A program made the position numbers and the translations under genes. The notes beneath the pieces are model-generated. The model searched no databases and was not told where the DNA came from. It worked only from the letters and a program-made list of their open reading frames with translations. Of a stretch of DNA of 64,000 bases, positions 25,690 to 37,409 are shown piece by piece; position 1 is the stretch's first letter, and every line of letters starts with the position of its first letter. The stretch spans positions 36,809,653 to 36,873,652 of the forward strand of contig NC_068996.1 in NCBI RefSeq assembly GCF_001194135.2. Reading direction: 5' to 3'. This DNA comes from Octopus bimaculoides. Taxonomy: Eukaryota.

Positions 25690-25900
25690 AGTAATGCACT
25701 TGGATTTGTTGGTAAACATCTGAGGGGAATTATCAAAAAGCTAAGGTTTTCAAATGTTAGAATCTACAGTAGCAAGAGACATCAAAGTAACCCATAATCT
25801 TTGTTGATGATTTAAAAATCTACAGTGGAAATATTTACTATGCTGAGAATAGCTGGATTTAATAACATTTTAAGCTGATATTGTGATAGATTGGCTGAAA
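25690..25900 (+). mobile_element. Second R4/Dong-like RT fragment
   Basis: 'gtaacccataatctttgttgatgatttaaaaatctac...tatgctgagaatagctggatttaataacattttaagctgata' (FVDDLKIY) is clearly homologous to 24390-24490. Confidence 0.65.
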
Positions 25901-26263
25901 GGTTTTATTCATACTTGATAGATGGATACAGAAAAACTATTTCCTAACACCTTTACATCAATATGCTCAACCCCGTCCCCACTGCTCTCTGATTTATTTA
26001 GGTCCTGATCAGAATGTATAATATAATGTATAATTTTGTAGTAACTGCTGTGAAAACAGATGTAAGTTAGGACCAGTTTAGAAATGTAGCTTGAATAAGA
26101 ATTAAATTGATTAAAGCAAATAAGAACAAAAGGTGTTACAATGAGAAGAAAATTAAGATTAATGATTTTAATAGGGTTCTTTGTTGGAGAAGAATTGGGA
26201 GGGAATGCTCAGTATTTCTTCTTGTGATACATCAAAAAAGCATTTTCTTTCACTGACTATTAC

Positions 26264-26313
26264 CAGTCTACCAATTCTGGTGACCATCTCAAGACAAAGG
26301 TAGGGAAGAGAAC
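26264..26313 (-). CDS. Candidate 50-nt internal exon
   Basis: aaaattttctag|GT TCT CTT CCC TAC CTT TGT CTT GAG ATG GTC ACC AGA ATT GGT AGA CTG|gtaata (xSLPYLCLEMVTRIGRL). Confidence 0.25.
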
Positions 26314-27919
26314 CTAGAAAATTTTAGAAACTAAAGGGAAAAATATATTAATTGGTGGGAAATTTTTTTATTGAATTTTTTTTTAAAAGGATTTCGTTTT
26401 TAATGATTCAAATTAAAATATAATTCGGTGCTATATTTGAGTAAGCTCACTATAAAAATCTTGAAACATTGATATATATATACAAAGGCTGGCAGAACAG
26501 TAGCCTCATGTTTGATTACCAATGTAATACTAATGAATAACAAAGACAACCAAGAAACTATTAACAAAATAAGAATTACATTATAGACAATTGTATAGAA
26601 TCAAATAAATTTTGGCATCGGTACAGCAGAGCAATTTATAATGGCCATAACTTATTAATTTAGAGTAGTTTAATTGTTACAAAACACTAAACTTAACCAT
26701 TTTTCTTTTTTCTTTATTTTTAAGTATATTTCTCTTGAAACACATTGCCTTTGTTATTTGTTTACTTTACTCATTTAATGTCCATTGGTCATCATGGTTC
26801 AGATGAGATCTCCTTTGAGGTAGTATTTCCAGGTTGGATGTCCTTGCTATTGCCAACCTTTGTCCATTTTTCAAGTAAAGGATTTTTTAAATTTTACTGG
26901 TTTTCAAACAGCAATACAAAGAATGTAAACATTATATCACTGTTTCCTGCAAGCAGTGACAAGCAAAGCTGTGGAATGCCAACACATGCACGCACATGAC
27001 AGGCCTCCACACAGTTTCCATCTACCAAATTTCACAATCTATCAGTCAACCTCCATAAAGTGCTACTCTTAGGAACTGAACACAGAACCACAGAGTCACA
27101 AAGCATTCTTCTTAACCAGACAGCCATGATGGTCTGTGCCAACATTTATTGCAGTTTGTATATTCATGAAACCCAGCAATATTTAGCCAGGTGTGTCACC
27201 TTCCCTAACAAAACAACAATAATGCAGGCTTCAATGTTAGTCACAAGGAACAAGGTTGTTTTCAGAAGAGAAACAAACTGAATCAATAACAATTTCTCAC
27301 AGGTACTTATTTTATCATCTGCTCCATGAGGTATGAAATGTAAAATCTATCTGGGTGGGATCTAAAATCTGAATGCTGATAGAATAATAATATATATTTA
27401 AATAACATTAAATGCAACAGAGCTGGGTGGGGTTTTCTTTGATCCTTTTTTTACCAATCTCACCATTTTTTTTTCAATTACTTTTGAAAATAATGAAGAA
27501 TTTAGTAAAATAACTTGTCATCATTAAGGTAGATTTGAAATATAAATTAACATGTAATCTTTTCAAAAGGTCTTAATTTAACAGGAAATTTGTCTCTTAG
27601 AACAGGAGTGGTTTCAAGTGGTTTGAAATCAAACGAGTTAAAAGATATATGTAACTATTAGAAAATGTATAAGTGCCACTAAATACTTATACTAATTCAC
27701 ATGGCTCCAGATGTGTGAATGACTAGAGATATGGTTAGAGTTACACACGGCAGAACTGAGGCCTATAATTTAGAAAAAAAAATAATAAAGTCTTTTTTTT
27801 ATCAAAGATTAGCTGGATTAAGCCTGGGTTGGATCTGAAACAATAAAATCAATTTAGTGTGAGCAGTCTCATTTTGATTTTAAATGTTCCTTCTCTGATT
27901 GTTAACAACATCAGTTACA

Positions 27920-28250
27920 GCTCATCATAATCATTGTTTAATGTCCGCTTTCCATGCTGGCATAGGTTGGACGGGTTTGACTGAGGACAGGCTCCAATCT
28001 GATCTGGCAAGGTTTCTACAGCTCGATGTCCTTCCTAACGCCAACCACTCCAAACATAGTGGATGCTTTTTACATGCCACCAGCATGTGGGCCAGTCAGG
28101 TGGTACTGGCATCAACCACGCATGAATGGTGCTTTTTGCGTGCCACCAGCACAGGAGCCAGTCAGACAGCACTGGTATTGACCACACTGAAATGGTGCAT
28201 TCTGCATGCCACTGGCATAGGAGCAAGTCAGGCAGCACTGGCAATGACAA
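27920..28250 (-). mobile_element. RTE-3'UTR/SINE-like copy with three ~65-nt internal repeat units
   Basis: Shares 'catgctggcat...ggttggac...ctacagct(g/c)gatg(c/t)ccttcctaacgccaaccactc' with the family; the 'tggtgctttt...tgccaccagca' unit occurs three times. Confidence 0.8.
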
Positions 28251-29485
28251 TGTGAGAAAATGTCTCTTCTTCTTCTAAAGTTTGCTCACTTTTGCTCATT
28301 TTTAGAAGAAAGTTAGTTTAAGTCTTGATCATGTCAATGATATGTAACTCACCGACCAACAGGCCTTTTGTTTTTGTCAACATACACTACAACATTTGCA
28401 TCTCAAAACTCAAATTGCTATAATTTAAAATCAAGAAAATATCCTGAAATTCTTTAATGGTTATTAAATACTAAAAGACAAGAATAAAGAGTGAAAAATA
28501 GTGCAAAACTGTTTAACTTTTTTGATGCTAGCCCACCTGAAACTGCCCATGGTCCTTTGATACAAACTTCCTGGTTTGTATAAAAACATTCCATAAAAAT
28601 TTCATGTGAATTTATGTTCTGGATAGTAGCATAATACTGACAATGTTATTTTGATAAATTCTTGGTTATTTTCAAAATTAATTGTAATATAGTCAGTGTA
28701 TTTCACTACAAATATGGTAACAAAAAGATAAAAATAGTGTTTAGGGAGGAAGACAAAAAAAGACATAGAATATATATAACAACTAAGTAGCTAGTTAGAA
28801 AATCTCTATAAGAGATGATGGTAGTAACTATACTGAGAAGTAATGTTTTTTATTACCATTTCAATATGGCTGTTCTATAGGAATCAATGTTACTACTGCT
28901 TTTAACCCCAGGAAGAACCTCCTCCAGCTGGTTATTGGTGCAATCTGCACCTGATTTATATATTGCAAGCAGGGGAGTGAATCCCTACCATCTTCTAGGA
29001 GATAATGGGATCACCATACATACATATATATATATATGTGTGTGTAAATATGCAGTAACAAGACTCTTTGGTAAGTAATCAATTTGTAAGGAAATAGGCA
29101 GAAACTAAAGACATGTGCTGTTGGAAACAAGGGTTACCAAGAAAAACTAAAGGAAGAGAAAAAATAAGCAAAAGTTTGCTTCGCAACCATATTCTGCATT
29201 TGATTAGTGTTGCATCTTGGAGCTCTGAGTGGAATTTTGCAAACAGAAACCATGTGGAATGCAGTTGTGTGTATGAACATAAGTGTAAAGATATTCACTT
29301 GCTTCAGTCTTTGAACTGCAGTCATGCTTAGACAGTGCTTGAAAGGTTTTAGTCAAACAAATTACCCCAGTATTTATTCTATTGGTCTCTTATGCCAAAC
29401 CTCTAAGTTATGGGGACATAAACAAATCAGAATTGGTTGTCAACATTGATGAGGGACAAAATAAAGTCACACACATACATATGGT

Positions 29486-29535
<50 letters not shown>

Positions 29536-30188
29536 ACAGGCTTCTTTCAGTTTTGGTCGACCTAATTCACTCACAAGGCCTGAGGCTATATAAGTAGAAG
29601 ACACTTGCCCGAGGTGTCACACAATAGGACTGAACCCAGAACCATGTGGTTGAGAAGCAAACTTCCAACCACAGCCACATCTGCACACAGAAATTTTGGA
29701 GTGATGTCTTGCATGCTGGAAGACCACTGGGAGTGGAGTAACCCTCAGCCTTAGTTAAAACATGTCGCTAAGAGAAGGTCACTCTGTGGTCAGACACATC
29801 TATGAGTTGATGGCCATCACATACATATAAAACACACATGCACAGTTATATATTTATGATATATATTGCTGAAAGATGTAGACAATGATGAGAAAACTAA
29901 TGAAACAATATTTTCAAACACATCACTTAAGAGATATTTGTTCTGCCTGAATTTGCAGAGGTAATCCCTTACCCCTCTCTCTTTCATAAATATGGAGAAC
30001 TACCGATTGACCCAATCAAAATTAATAGCCAACAATGCTTTTGTGCACAAATATGCAATATACAATATACAATAAATAAATTTGCTAATAAAATTAATAA
30101 ATTTTCCAACTTGTATAACTGAACAGTTTACTATGCTGTTTTTACATGAATTTTTACAGAGTTCTCTAGCAAATAAGAGTTAAGAAAT

Positions 30189-30233
<45 letters not shown>

Positions 30234-30880
30234 TCTATTTACATTTTTCTTTTCCTTTTTTTTTTTTCCTTTGAAAAAGAAGATTCTAATGAAAATTAAG
30301 ACTGAATATTTTTACATTTACGAGATCTCTGAAGCATAAATGAATAATACCTCCATGTGTAATTTATATAATCATTCAACCATAAAAGAGAATTTCTTGT
30401 CACAATCACTGTCAAAACTGAATGAGCGTAACTCGATTGACATTCAGAAATATGGAAGTTATAGCAAAAATTTTAATTAACAGGTGAGAAACAATCCTGC
30501 ATTTAGTGTTGCTTTATTAAATGAGAGGTATAATAAGGTCAAAGTAAATGTGAGTGACTAATAGTGAATAATTTAAAAGAAAATATAGACAAAACTCATC
30601 AAACAGTTAAAAATATTATTAACCAGATCAGCAACTCTTTCAAGAAAATGACTGGTTTGGGGGAGGGGGTTATTTTAGAGAGAAGTCAGTGATACTTTTG
30701 TTGAAGTAAAACTATAGTTATTTTTAATGTTCAATAAATAAGGCCAAAATGGTCTAACAGATGAGTGTCTGTTAGGGGGTGCTGACAGAATCAGCTGAGC
30801 TAGAATTCACTGAATGTCCACAATAAAAGTTTCAACAGTTATATATATACTTGCCAAATATTCAGTTATTACCAACTTAC

Positions 30881-30912
30881 TAACCAAATTCTGAACAATT
30901 TTCTTAACTCAC
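30881..30912 (-). other. Candidate 32-nt exon beginning with a 5' splice site (recursive-splice-site / RS-exon architecture)
   Basis: Minus strand: TAATATATTTTTTTTTGTCTTTTTTTCAG|GTGAGTTAAGAAAATTGTTCAGAATTTGGTTA|GTAAGT. One open frame (phase 1 to 0: xELRKLFRIWL); the other two frames have stops. Confidence 0.5.
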
Positions 30913-31460
30913 CTGAAAAAAAGACAAAAAAAAATATATTAAAGATAAACACCAGTTTAATGAAATTTAGTGAAAAAGACAGGATACTACAAATTCAAAT
31001 ATTATGTGAAGCCTAAAATATAATTTCACAGATAATAAGAAAATTATTACTGTATATGATGGCATCTTAGATGTATCCCAATTTTAGCAGTGCACATTAC
31101 AAAAAAAATTTTTTAGTGTAACGAAACTTTATGGAAAGCCTAACTTTGCATATAAGGCCTTTTTCTGAGACATTTTTTTCCTCAAAAAAAGGAATGCATC
31201 TCATTTGCCATCAAATATAGTAACTGTCAACAGATACCAAAAGAGAAAAGCAGCACCTATTGATATCTGGAGGGCATCAAAGACAAATGAAAGAGATGAA
31301 AACCCACATTGTATGAGTTATCTTCAGAACACAGACCTTGTCTGATTGCATGCAAGACTATCTAGGGCAGGTGTCATCAAACTTTTTAGACCATCGACCC
31401 TTTCATGGAATCCTTGACCCCACTCATCAACCTCCAGGCATATACAAGAAAATAAATAAA

Positions 31461-32045
31461 TCATCATCATTTAACGTCCACTTTGCATGCTAGCATGGGT
31501 TGGACGATTTGACTGAGGACTGGTGAAACCAGATGGCTACACCAGGCTCCAATCTGATTTGGCAGAGTTTCTACAGCTGGATGCCCTTCCTAATGCCAAC
31601 CACTCAGAGAGTGTAGTGGGTGCTTTTACGTGCCACCGGCACGAAGGCCAGTCAGGCGGTACTGGCAACAGCCACGCTCAAAATGGTGTATTTTATGTGC
31701 CACCCGCACAAGAGCCAGTCCAGGGGCACTGGCAACGATCTCGCTTGAAAGTCCTTGCACATGCCGCGGGCACATGTGCCAGAAAGGCGATGATGGGCAC
31801 AGGTGCCATCTCGATTTCGATTTCACTTGCCCCAATAAGTCTTCGCAAGCTGAGTTTCGTGTCCAATGAAAGGAGACGATGTTGGCATGGGTGCCAGTCG
31901 TCGAATTTAACTCAATTTCGATTTCACTTGCCTCAACAGGTCTTCGCAAGTGGAGTTTAGTGTCCAATGAAGGAAGGTACGCCTAAGTGGACTGGCTGAG
32001 ACCTTAGAATTAGGTCTCACTTGGCTTGCCGGGTCTTCTCACACA
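31461..32045 (-). mobile_element. RTE 3'UTR-derived copy
   Basis: Near-identical to 33005-33580, including 'ctacagctggatgcccttcctaa(c/t)gccaaccactc' and a (CAT)n tail. Confidence 0.85.
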
Positions 32046-32626
32046 CAACATTTGGCATAGTTTCTACAGCTGGATGCCATTCCTATTGCATCTTTCTCCT
32101 TGAATAGTCCAACCAACTTCCAGGGGTTAATATCGACCACTTTGTAGACACCTGATCTAAGGTTTAGGTGATGGTTTGAAATACAGAAAAGGTTTAAGTA
32201 TATTACACAGTCCATTCAGCAGGTATCTGCACAGTTTCTATCTACCCAAGTTTATTCAAAATATATAAACGCTTATCACCTACTCAGGATAATATATAAA
32301 AATTTTACTGAGTCTGAAGGAATGAAATTTCACTTCAACATGATTTGAATTCACAATGCAGAAAATCACATTTTCATAGAATATGGAATGAAAGAAGAGA
32401 AGCACCAAACAGAGATATTATTCTTTCAGCAAGCCAAAGATATTTAATAATTATTGAGCCTAAGATATTTAATAAAAAAAACCTGAATGTCACACAATAG
32501 TACTTTCGCTCCTCTTTACATATAGGCATAGCAAATGGGTTAGCATCATCAAGAGCATCTGGCTATAAAATACCTCAAAAAGTCCTGCCCAACCCCTGCC
32601 AGCATGGAAAAGAGACTGTAAAGACA

Positions 32627-32981
32627 TTGATCATCATCATCATCATCATCATCGTTTAACGTCTGCTTTCCATGCTAGCAAGGGTTGGACGATTTGACTG
32701 AGGACTGGTGAACCAGGTGGTTACACCAGGCTCCAATCTGATTTGGCAGAGTTTCTACAGCTGGATGCCCTTCCTAACACCAACCACTCTGAGAGTGTAG
32801 TGGGTGCTTTTACGTGTCACCGGCACGAAGGCCAGTCAGGCTTTACTGGCAACGCTCAAAATGGTGTCTTTTACGTGCCACCTGCACGGGAGCCAGTCCA
32901 GCGGCACTGGCAACGATCTCGCTCGAATGTCCTTACACGTGCCACGGGCACAAGTGCCAGGGCACAGGTGCCATCACGATT
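32627..32981 (-). mobile_element. Truncated copy of the same RTE 3'UTR, abutting the previous element
   Basis: Near-identical to 33000-33350; (CAT)n tail at ~32627-32653. Confidence 0.85.
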
Positions 32982-33897
32982 GATCATCATCATCATCATC
33001 ATCATCATCATCGTTTAACATCCGCTTTCCATGCTAGCATGGGTTGGATGATTTGACTGAGGACTGGTGAAACCAGATGGCAACACCAGGCTCCAATCTG
33101 ATTTGGCAGAGTTTCTACAGCTGGATGCCCTTCCTAACGCCAACCACTCAGTGAGTGTAGTGGGTGCTTTTACGTGTCACCCGCACGAAGGCCAGTCAGG
33201 CGGTACTGGCAACAGCCACGCTCAAAATGGTGTATTTTATGTGCCACCCGCACAAGAGCCAGTCCAGGGGCACTGGCAACGATCTCGTTTGAAAATCCTT
33301 ACACATGTCACGGGCACAAGTGCCAGAAAGGCGACGCTGGGCACAGGTGCTATCCCGATTTCGCTTTCGCTTGCCCCAATAAGTCTTCGCAAGCTGAGTT
33401 TCGTGTCCAATGAAGGAAACGACGTTGGCACGGGTGCCAGTCGTCGAATTTATTTCGATTTCATTTGCCTCAACAAGTCTTCGCAAGCGGAGTTTAGTGT
33501 CCAATGTAGAAAAGGTGCGCATAAGTGGGCTCCTGGCAGGGGCCTTGGATTTAGGTCTCACTTGACTTGCCGGGTCTTCTCATGCACAGCACATTTCCAA
33601 ATGTCTTGGTCAGTAGTCATCGCCTCGGTGAGGCCCAATGTTCGAAGGTCTTGCCTCACCAACTCAGCCCAGGTCTTCCTGGGCCTACCTCTTCTACGGG
33701 TTCCCACAACTGTTAGGGTGTGGCACTTTTTCACGCAGCTATCCTCATCCATTCTCACCACATGTCCATACCAGCGCAATCGTCTCTCTTGCACACCACA
33801 ACTGATGCTTCTTATGTTCAGCTTTTCTCTCAAGATACTTACACTCTGTCGGGTATGCACACTTACATTACACATCCAACGGAGCATACTGGTTTCA
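32982..33897 (-). mobile_element. Young 5'-truncated RTE-clade LINE with long 3'UTR and (ATG)n tail
   Basis: Stop-free 'ETSMLRWMCNVSVHTRQSVSILREKLNIRSISCGVQERRLRWYGHVVRMDEDSCVKKCHTLTVVGTRRRGRPRKTW...EKTRQVK*' (33558-33897); (CAT)n on + at ~32982-33012; CpGs retained. Confidence 0.9.
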
Positions 33898-34330
33898 TTT
33901 GTGGCTGTGCGGTAAGACACTTGCTTCTCAACCACATGGTACTGTGTTCAGTTCCACTGTGTGGCACCTTGGCTGAGTGTCTTCGACTGTAGGTTTGGGC
34001 CGACCAAAGCCTTGTGAGTGGATTTAGTAGACAGAAACTGAAAGAAGCCTGTTGTGTGTGTGTATATATATATATATGTATATATACATATATGTGTGTG
34101 TGTGCATACAATATGTTTGTGTCTGTGTTTGTCCCCCTCCCCAATCATCACTTGACAACTGCTGTTGGAGTTTTTATGTCCCTGTAACTTAGCAGTTTGG
34201 TAAAAGGGACTGATAGAATAAGTACAAGGTTTACAAAGAATAAGTCCAGGGGTCGATTCCTTCAGCTAAAAGGTGGTGCTCCAGCATGACCACAGTCAAA
34301 ATGACTGAAACAAGTAAAAGTGTAAAAGAG
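33898..34330 (+). mobile_element. Bipartite SINE copy
   Basis: Same head, microsatellite and tail layout as 55791-56200. Confidence 0.85.
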
Positions 34331-36070
34331 TATTAGAAATAACATTTTACATGATCATACAACCTGTTAGAAATAGCAGCTAAATCTCCCTAACATCACA
34401 CCCTATTGCTTTAAAAAAACAAAATGAAAGATTCATTGAATAATGCAATATTAAATGAAACTATGACTAAATAAAAAAAATAAAAAGATAGGAACACCTT
34501 TGATAGATCTGTTTGATCAGTGTTGAACAAAACAACAAGAGGCTTTCTGCTTTAAATCTTACACCTTTGTATCAAGTTTCTTTTTAGTTCAACTATGCAG
34601 TCTACATACAGAGAGGATAGTTTCTTTTATCTTCTACCTTTAACTTGTTGCAGTCATTAGACTATAGCCATGCTGAAGTACTGCCTTGAAGGATTTAGTC
34701 CAATGAACATATCCTAGTAGTTGAATGATGGTTAGGAACTAATACACACATGTATGAATGTGTCCTTGTGTGGATATATAAGTTTAAGTCACAATATATG
34801 AATTCAAGTAATCTAGTAGTACTCATGAAAAAAGCTCCTTAATGTATTATTCTACAAAACATATAGAATATATAGTACAATACAAGAGAAAACAATAAGG
34901 AGTGTATAAAGTTATAAATGACAGAGAAATACTTGGATGAAATTTTATTTAACAATAAGAAAATTCTAATATCATGACAAATTGTTTCATAACTTAAAAA
35001 CATGTAAATAATTTATATTATTTTATTCAATAATAAATAAATTACTTACATGCCAATTATGATTCTATATAAATATATACATGACAGGTTTCCATCTACC
35101 AAATTTTCTCACAAAGCATTGGTCCTCTCAGAGCTATGACAAAAGACATTTACCCAAGGTACCACATGGTAGGACTGAACTTGAAATCATGTGGTTGCAA
35201 TGCAAGCTTCTTAACCATACAGTTATAACCATTCTAAATATAAACACTATACCTCTGCTATCCCCTTCTCAAAAAAAAAAAAAAAAAAAGAGTGGCAATA
35301 TTAAATTAGAGGTACCATGAGTATGCCAGAGGTAGTTTTGTAATCATGTGATCTTGTGTTATATCTCACTTGGGCACATGTCTTTTATTGTAGTCTCAAA
35401 GTGAACAATGCTCTTTTAGCAGAACTGGTAGTCAAAAACTATATAGAAGACTCTTGTGCAGGTATGTGCTTAAGAGTGAGTGTTTATAAATCATCATCAT
35501 CATTTAGAGTCTGCTTTCCATGCTGGCATGGGTTAGACAGTTTCACTGGAACTGATAAGCCAGAGAGCTGCACAAAGTCCCACTCTGATTTAACATGGTT
35601 TCTACAGCTGGATGCCCTTCCTAATGTCAACAACTCCAAGAGGGTAATGAGTGCTTTTTATGTGCCAGCAGTATGTAAAAAGCACCCATTCCATGTCTTT
35701 ACATAAAAGCAGAGCTAAAAATGTTGATGCCAAGTTGACATTCCCTATCAACACTATTATTCTCTAGCTTTGCACTTTCAAAGGCAAGTAAAATAAAAAC
35801 AAAAACATCCTTCAACTGAATACAGATTAGGCTTAGAGACAAGAAAGGCATCCAACTGTAAAATAATGCCTCAATAATGTCTCCTCCAACCCATGCTAGC
35901 ATGGTAAAACAGATGTAAAATGAATGAATGAACAACCTAACAAACAACCTTTTTTAACAGATTCCAACACTTTCATAAAATATGCCCATGTGTTTTTTAA
36001 CCTTTGGTGGACATCATCAACTGATGTTTTATTAGAAAACAGTGGACATCATGAAAGGAAAGTGAAAACT

Positions 36071-37169
36071 TTATGACATTTTTCAAGAGATTGTAAATTT
36101 TATTGTGTGAGGGGTTAATAATTNNNNNNNNNNNNNNNNNNNNNNNNNNNNNNNNNNNNNNNNNNNNNNNNNNNNNNNNNNNNNNNNNNNNNNNNNNNNN
36201 NNNNNNNNNNNNNNNNNNNNNNNNNNNNNNNNNNNNNNNNNNNNNNNNNNNNNNNNNNNNNNNNNNNNNNNNNNNNNNNNNNNNNNNNNNNNNNNNNTTA
36301 TGACATTTTTCAAGAGATTGTAAATTTTATTGTGTGAGGGGTTAATAATTATCATAGCTTTTCTACTTATTCAAAGTGAAAATAAGTATTAGAAAAAAAG
36401 AAGGATTGGTTTTTGTTTTTTGCCTATTTGGCAAACACATTCATGCAACCCTTTCACACAGTTATGGGTTAAATCATAAAATAATGACTGAGAATAATGA
36501 CAAGGTCATCATAACTAGGATACAAATCAAATGAGTGCTTGGTCAGCAACATATATATAGTCCTTAGCAGAATTGCTATTACAGCTACAGCTTTTGATGA
36601 CAATAGTAATAAAATGAAAGTAATTTGTATTTGAGAGAGTTTTATGGACTGTAGTAGAGGAGATAAAGGACAATTAGAATATGCAAAAAGAAAATGAGAT
36701 AAGGGAAATAACTCCAGTGGGCTAACAGCATGATTTTAGATAATTAAGAGGTGATGTACTAAATGACATGCAACAATTACTCAATGAATTAGACACACAC
36801 ACATACACACACACAGAGTCACCAAAGTACAAATCTCTGATCATACTGTCGATTCATAATTCCAGTTACACAGAATATAATAATCAAAAAAATTATTGAC
36901 GTATTTAGTTGGAAATTTTGTAAACATGATACCAGTTTCAAGTCCAACAGTGACCAATAAGGACATCCAACCTTTCTGTCATAAATCACAAATTATAAAC
37001 CATTTAGAACATCAAAGCAGTTATGTCATGCTAAGTTGTATATATGACATTTTTCAAGAGATTGTAAATTTTATTGTGTGAGGGGTTAATAATTATCATA
37101 GCTTTTCTACTTATTCAAAGTGAAAATAAGTATTAGAAAAAAAGAAGGATTGGTTTTTGTTTTTTGCCT
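36071..37169. repeat. Direct repeats with ~744-bp period around two gaps
   Basis: 36301-36425 is identical to 37045-37169; the first ~50 nt also occur at 36074-36123. Confidence 0.8.
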
Positions 37170-37409
37170 NNNNNNNNNNNNNNNNNNNNNNNNNNNNNNN
37201 NNNNNNNNNNNNNNNNNNNNNNNNNNNNNNNNNNNNNNNNNNNNNNNNNNNNNNNNNNNNNNNNNNNNNNNNNNNNNNNNNNNNNNNNNNNNNNNNNNNN
37301 NNNNNNNNNNNNNNNNNNNNNNNNNNNNNNNNNNNNNNNNNNNNNNNNNNNNNNNNNNNNNNNNNNNNNNNNNNNNNNNNNNNNNNNNNNNNNNNNNNNN
37401 NNNNNNNNN

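Larger units (their letters stand above)
22440..25700 (+). mobile_element. Decayed R4/Dong-like non-LTR retrotransposon (RT + CCHC + RLE endonuclease), interrupted by an N-gap and an antisense insertion
   Basis: Manual translation shows collinear motifs despite stops and frameshifts. Pre-RT 'FKIWNERDFSQDVPWLDIIKKEY' (~22450); '..LAEN*KSITCLN' (~23910-23950; cf. NYRPITCLN); 'QEDGMSALLYILALNPLSFLLQ...NFVVDDLKIY' (24237-24443; RT motifs, YxDD-equivalent); 'LEDYAFAIQ' (~25205); 'DQKC**CHISVE...WHHDI' (CCHC region ~25300-25400); 'PIKHKYNQPDKVVWDRKE' (RLE PD motif, ~25515-25565). Clade call is from motif similarity (established knowledge), not a search. Confidence 0.8.

Noticed and set aside
32982-33012. 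Regularly recurring conserved repeats suggestive of a CRISPR-like array
   Set aside because: Dispersed SINE/LINE copies with irregular spacing in a eukaryotic context; no repeat-spacer periodicity.
31523-33915. Overlapping 80-280 aa ORFs (MKPDG..., MSPARRP...)
   Set aside because: Antisense or alternative frames of the GC-richer RTE 3'UTR; not genes.
35394-35461. Plus-strand exon-like segment (LKVNNALLAELVVKNYIEDSCA, good splice sites); similar candidates at ~19640-19700 and ~28910-28975
   Set aside because: Peptides unrecognised, and the strand conflicts with the better minus-strand signals. Cannot be excluded without RNA data.
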